Position numbers and translations under genes: made by a program. A DNA stretch of 64,000 bases from Alphaproteobacteria bacterium (GTDB taxonomy: Bacteria; Pseudomonadota; Alphaproteobacteria; JBFXJJ01), in assembly GCA_050175015.1 (NCBI GenBank), contig JBFXJJ010000009.1, positions 1-64,000 of the forward strand, in the 5' to 3' direction. A model generated the notes under the pieces. The model was not told the origin of the DNA. It saw only the letters and a list, made by a program, of their open reading frames with translations, and made no database searches. This document shows, piece after piece, positions 62,801 to 64,000 of the stretch (position 1 is the stretch's first letter; the number at the start of each line of letters is the position of its first letter).

Positions 62801-63278
62801 CATTCATAACTTTAAAATGAGGCGATATTCCAGCTTCAAGCGGAAATCTTTTTAAAATATGCTGGCAAAAAGCGTGAATGGTCTGAATCTTTATATCGTT
62901 TACAGCATCAAGCATAATCGCAAAAAGCTGCCTTGCTAGTGCGATTGTTTTGGCTTCATCTTTAGGAGAAGCGGCACATATTTTTATAATATCATCTAAA
63001 ATAGCTTTATCATTTTTAGCCGTTGCCCACTCTTGCAGTTTGAGTGAAATTCTATCGTGCATTTCTGCGGCGGCGGCATTGGTAAAAGTCAGACACAAAA
63101 TTGTTTTGGGATTAACGCCTTCAAGCAAAAGTCTTAAATATCTATCGGCAAGAACTTTAGTTTTTCCAGAACCAGCCGAGGCAGTAACCCAAGATGATGT
63201 TAAAGGATTTGATGCTTTCTGCTGTTTTTGGGAGGCGCTCTTTTTTACCTGTTCTTGGGTGGTTTTTATATCCATCAT
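59835..63278 (-). CDS. addA: Double-strand break repair helicase/nuclease AddA
   Basis: ASAGSGKT, LTFTNAAA.EM, LVDEAQDT, VGDKKQSIFSFQGA, MTVHGAKGL, YVAMTRAED, IDRL..IDYKT. Confidence 0.95.
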   Translation of the reverse strand: MMDIKTTQEQVKKSASQKQQKASNPLTSSWVTASAGSGKTKVLADRYLRLLLEGVNPKTILCLTFTNAAAAEMHDRISLKLQEWATAKNDKAILDDIIKICAASPKDEAKTIALARQLFAIMLDAVNDIKIQTIHAFCQHILKRFPLEAGISPHFKVMNDRDALEIMSDAKNDVFLKSQYKNYVEIADALKTVAELSPESRFDDIINNVLSNRHQILDLAIKYENIEQFETALQKELNISQGENFDSLFLSFFIEQDNKPNLIKMADAFLSSSAKTEIEDGKTIKLWLEASLEGKKQLYEEYRNCFLRKDLDVRSRERSNALKKHPDIKELLYEEADKHLKFISKIDTLTIYKASSALFAISKEIIMQYEKHKKLNALLDYDDLIAITSDLLRNKETAAWVLYKLDAGIDHILVDEAQDTNPQQWSIIEALSSEFFAGDGAKKNNRTIFAVGDKKQSIFSFQGADPAGFSLMKNLLKDKAESSNHHWNDINLDISFRSTRAVLQAVNETFSIPENQKGVLDKDESPIHIPFRVGESGLVELWPVIEPYKEQPAEPWQPPVERFTLPSPQKRLAKLIAQKIADMIDNKELLLSQNRPIEPKDIMILVKQRNGLVEDLIKELKNLKVATSGADRMKLTEQIAVMDLLSLAKFLLLPEDNLSLAEALRSPLIDISEEELFEVAYNRGHLTLWESLKKHNGENSNLGKAYDYLNHLLNKTDFIRPYELFAYILNVLNGRKKIVSRLGFEAEDCLDELLNLTLLYEKEHIPSLQSFVLWLETDETMIKRDLEKNSSNMVRIMTVHGAKGLQAPIVFLPDTTKKPSYSKEKNIFTLNDVLIWKPYSSLKNDFIDSLITYRKDRLFEEYKRLLYVAMTRAEDRLYICGYGKLQNDSWIDLVKKGIEPIAEKETNEFLKNYNDEIPSEILRLSCPQEITLPEKNTPLVISATNLNLPSWLTSNPEKEPTPPRPLAPSKPNLEEPSVFSPLRDDAGKKFLKGNLIHKLLQILPEIEPSQREKSALFYLRKNAGNCTEIELNNIIKETFDVINNPSFCEIFKNAQSRAEVGITGLVGKNIISGKIDRLLVTDDEVFIIDYKTSRMPPKTIAEIPPIYLYQMSSYKDAIMQIYPRKKIKCAIIWTAIPILMEIPDNIL

Positions 63279-64000
63279 TCACTTTCTCCCTCATTATCTT
63301 CAGAAGAAGCCCATTCTTTAACTCTAGCAAGATGTTGATAATCAGAATATTTAGGGGCATAAGTTGGGTGTGGTCTGGATTGATATGGCGTAGCAGGATT
63401 ATCAAAAGCATTAATAAGAGCTTTGAGTCCTTCAAAGGCTCTTTCTGCTTGCTCAATTACTTCTGTTTTTGAGATTTTTTTGCTTTTTTCTCGCCCCTTT
63501 AATTCCCAAAAACAAACATCAGAAACGAGGTATCCTTGCAGTTCCTTGAAGCCGCCTTGCTCCGCAATAACAACCTCTAAAGGCAGTTGGGGAGAAAATC
63601 CGGCTAAAATATGTTTTTTGCTGGGAATGGTTCCTGTTTTATAGTCAACAATTTCAAGAGTATTATCGGTTAAAAGATTAATTCTATCGGCTATGGCATA
63701 AAGTTCAAAAGGCGCCAAAGATGCGGCAAAATTAAAACCGCCTTTAATTTCACAAAAAGACTTTTTTATAGCTCCTTGATGATTGTTTTCTTCATTTATG
63801 AGCCAGCTAGCAATCGAAAGGAAATCTTGCCACCAGAATGATTTAATCGATGCAGGATATTGTTCAGCATCAAATTTTGAGCGCCCTATTTGAAGCAGAT
63901 TTTCCAGACTGCGACTAGAACCTGCTAAGAAATCAGCAATAATTTCGTGGATTAGCGAGCCAAACTCCTTGGCTTCAGGTTCTTTGGCAATATTATCGAG
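63275..64000 (-). CDS. addB: AddB nuclease subunit (3' part; gene starts beyond the window)
   Basis: Frame open to the edge: FGSLIHE..FWW..ADRI..IVDYKTG..PQLPLE..YQHLARVKEW; overlaps the addA start. Confidence 0.9.
   Translation of the reverse strand, partial: LDNIAKEPEAKEFGSLIHEIIADFLAGSSRSLENLLQIGRSKFDAEQYPASIKSFWWQDFLSIASWLINEENNHQGAIKKSFCEIKGGFNFAASLAPFELYAIADRINLLTDNTLEIVDYKTGTIPSKKHILAGFSPQLPLEVVIAEQGGFKELQGYLVSDVCFWELKGREKSKKISKTEVIEQAERAFEGLKALINAFDNPATPYQSRPHPTYAPKYSDYQHLARVKEWASSEDNEGESE

Overview
AT-rich chromosomal window, most consistent with an alphaproteobacterium (addB-addA-trxA order, FlbT, alpha-type Ugd/Pgm/GalU), possibly gut- or host-associated because of ygeW/ygeY; both points are inference. 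It carries housekeeping genes (pgk, gap, pdxY, recX, hslO, dtd, trxA, addAB, tRNA-Leu-CAA) and polysaccharide genes (DegT aminotransferase, ugd, pgm, galU, a group-4-capsule-like yjbE/yjbF/SLBB/yjbH locus). The main accessory locus (15.6-30.7 kb) is a virB3-virB4-virB5-like type IV secretion islet set back-to-back with an R64/Tcp-like type IVb pilus operon. No relaxase, integrase or replicon gene is visible. Five unrelated proteins scattered across the window lack signal peptides yet share a short hydrophobic-then-basic C-terminal tail ending in R/K: an LPD7-like protein, a C26 peptidase, a papain-like protein, a membrane protein and PepF. I propose these are substrates of a domesticated T4SS. 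Also seen: a REP/MITE-like repeat family, a degenerate cyclase-FHA protein, an orphan flbT coupled to galU, and tandem CxxC secreted paralogues beside a LysR regulator. All family calls are motif recognition by eye; no database searches were run.
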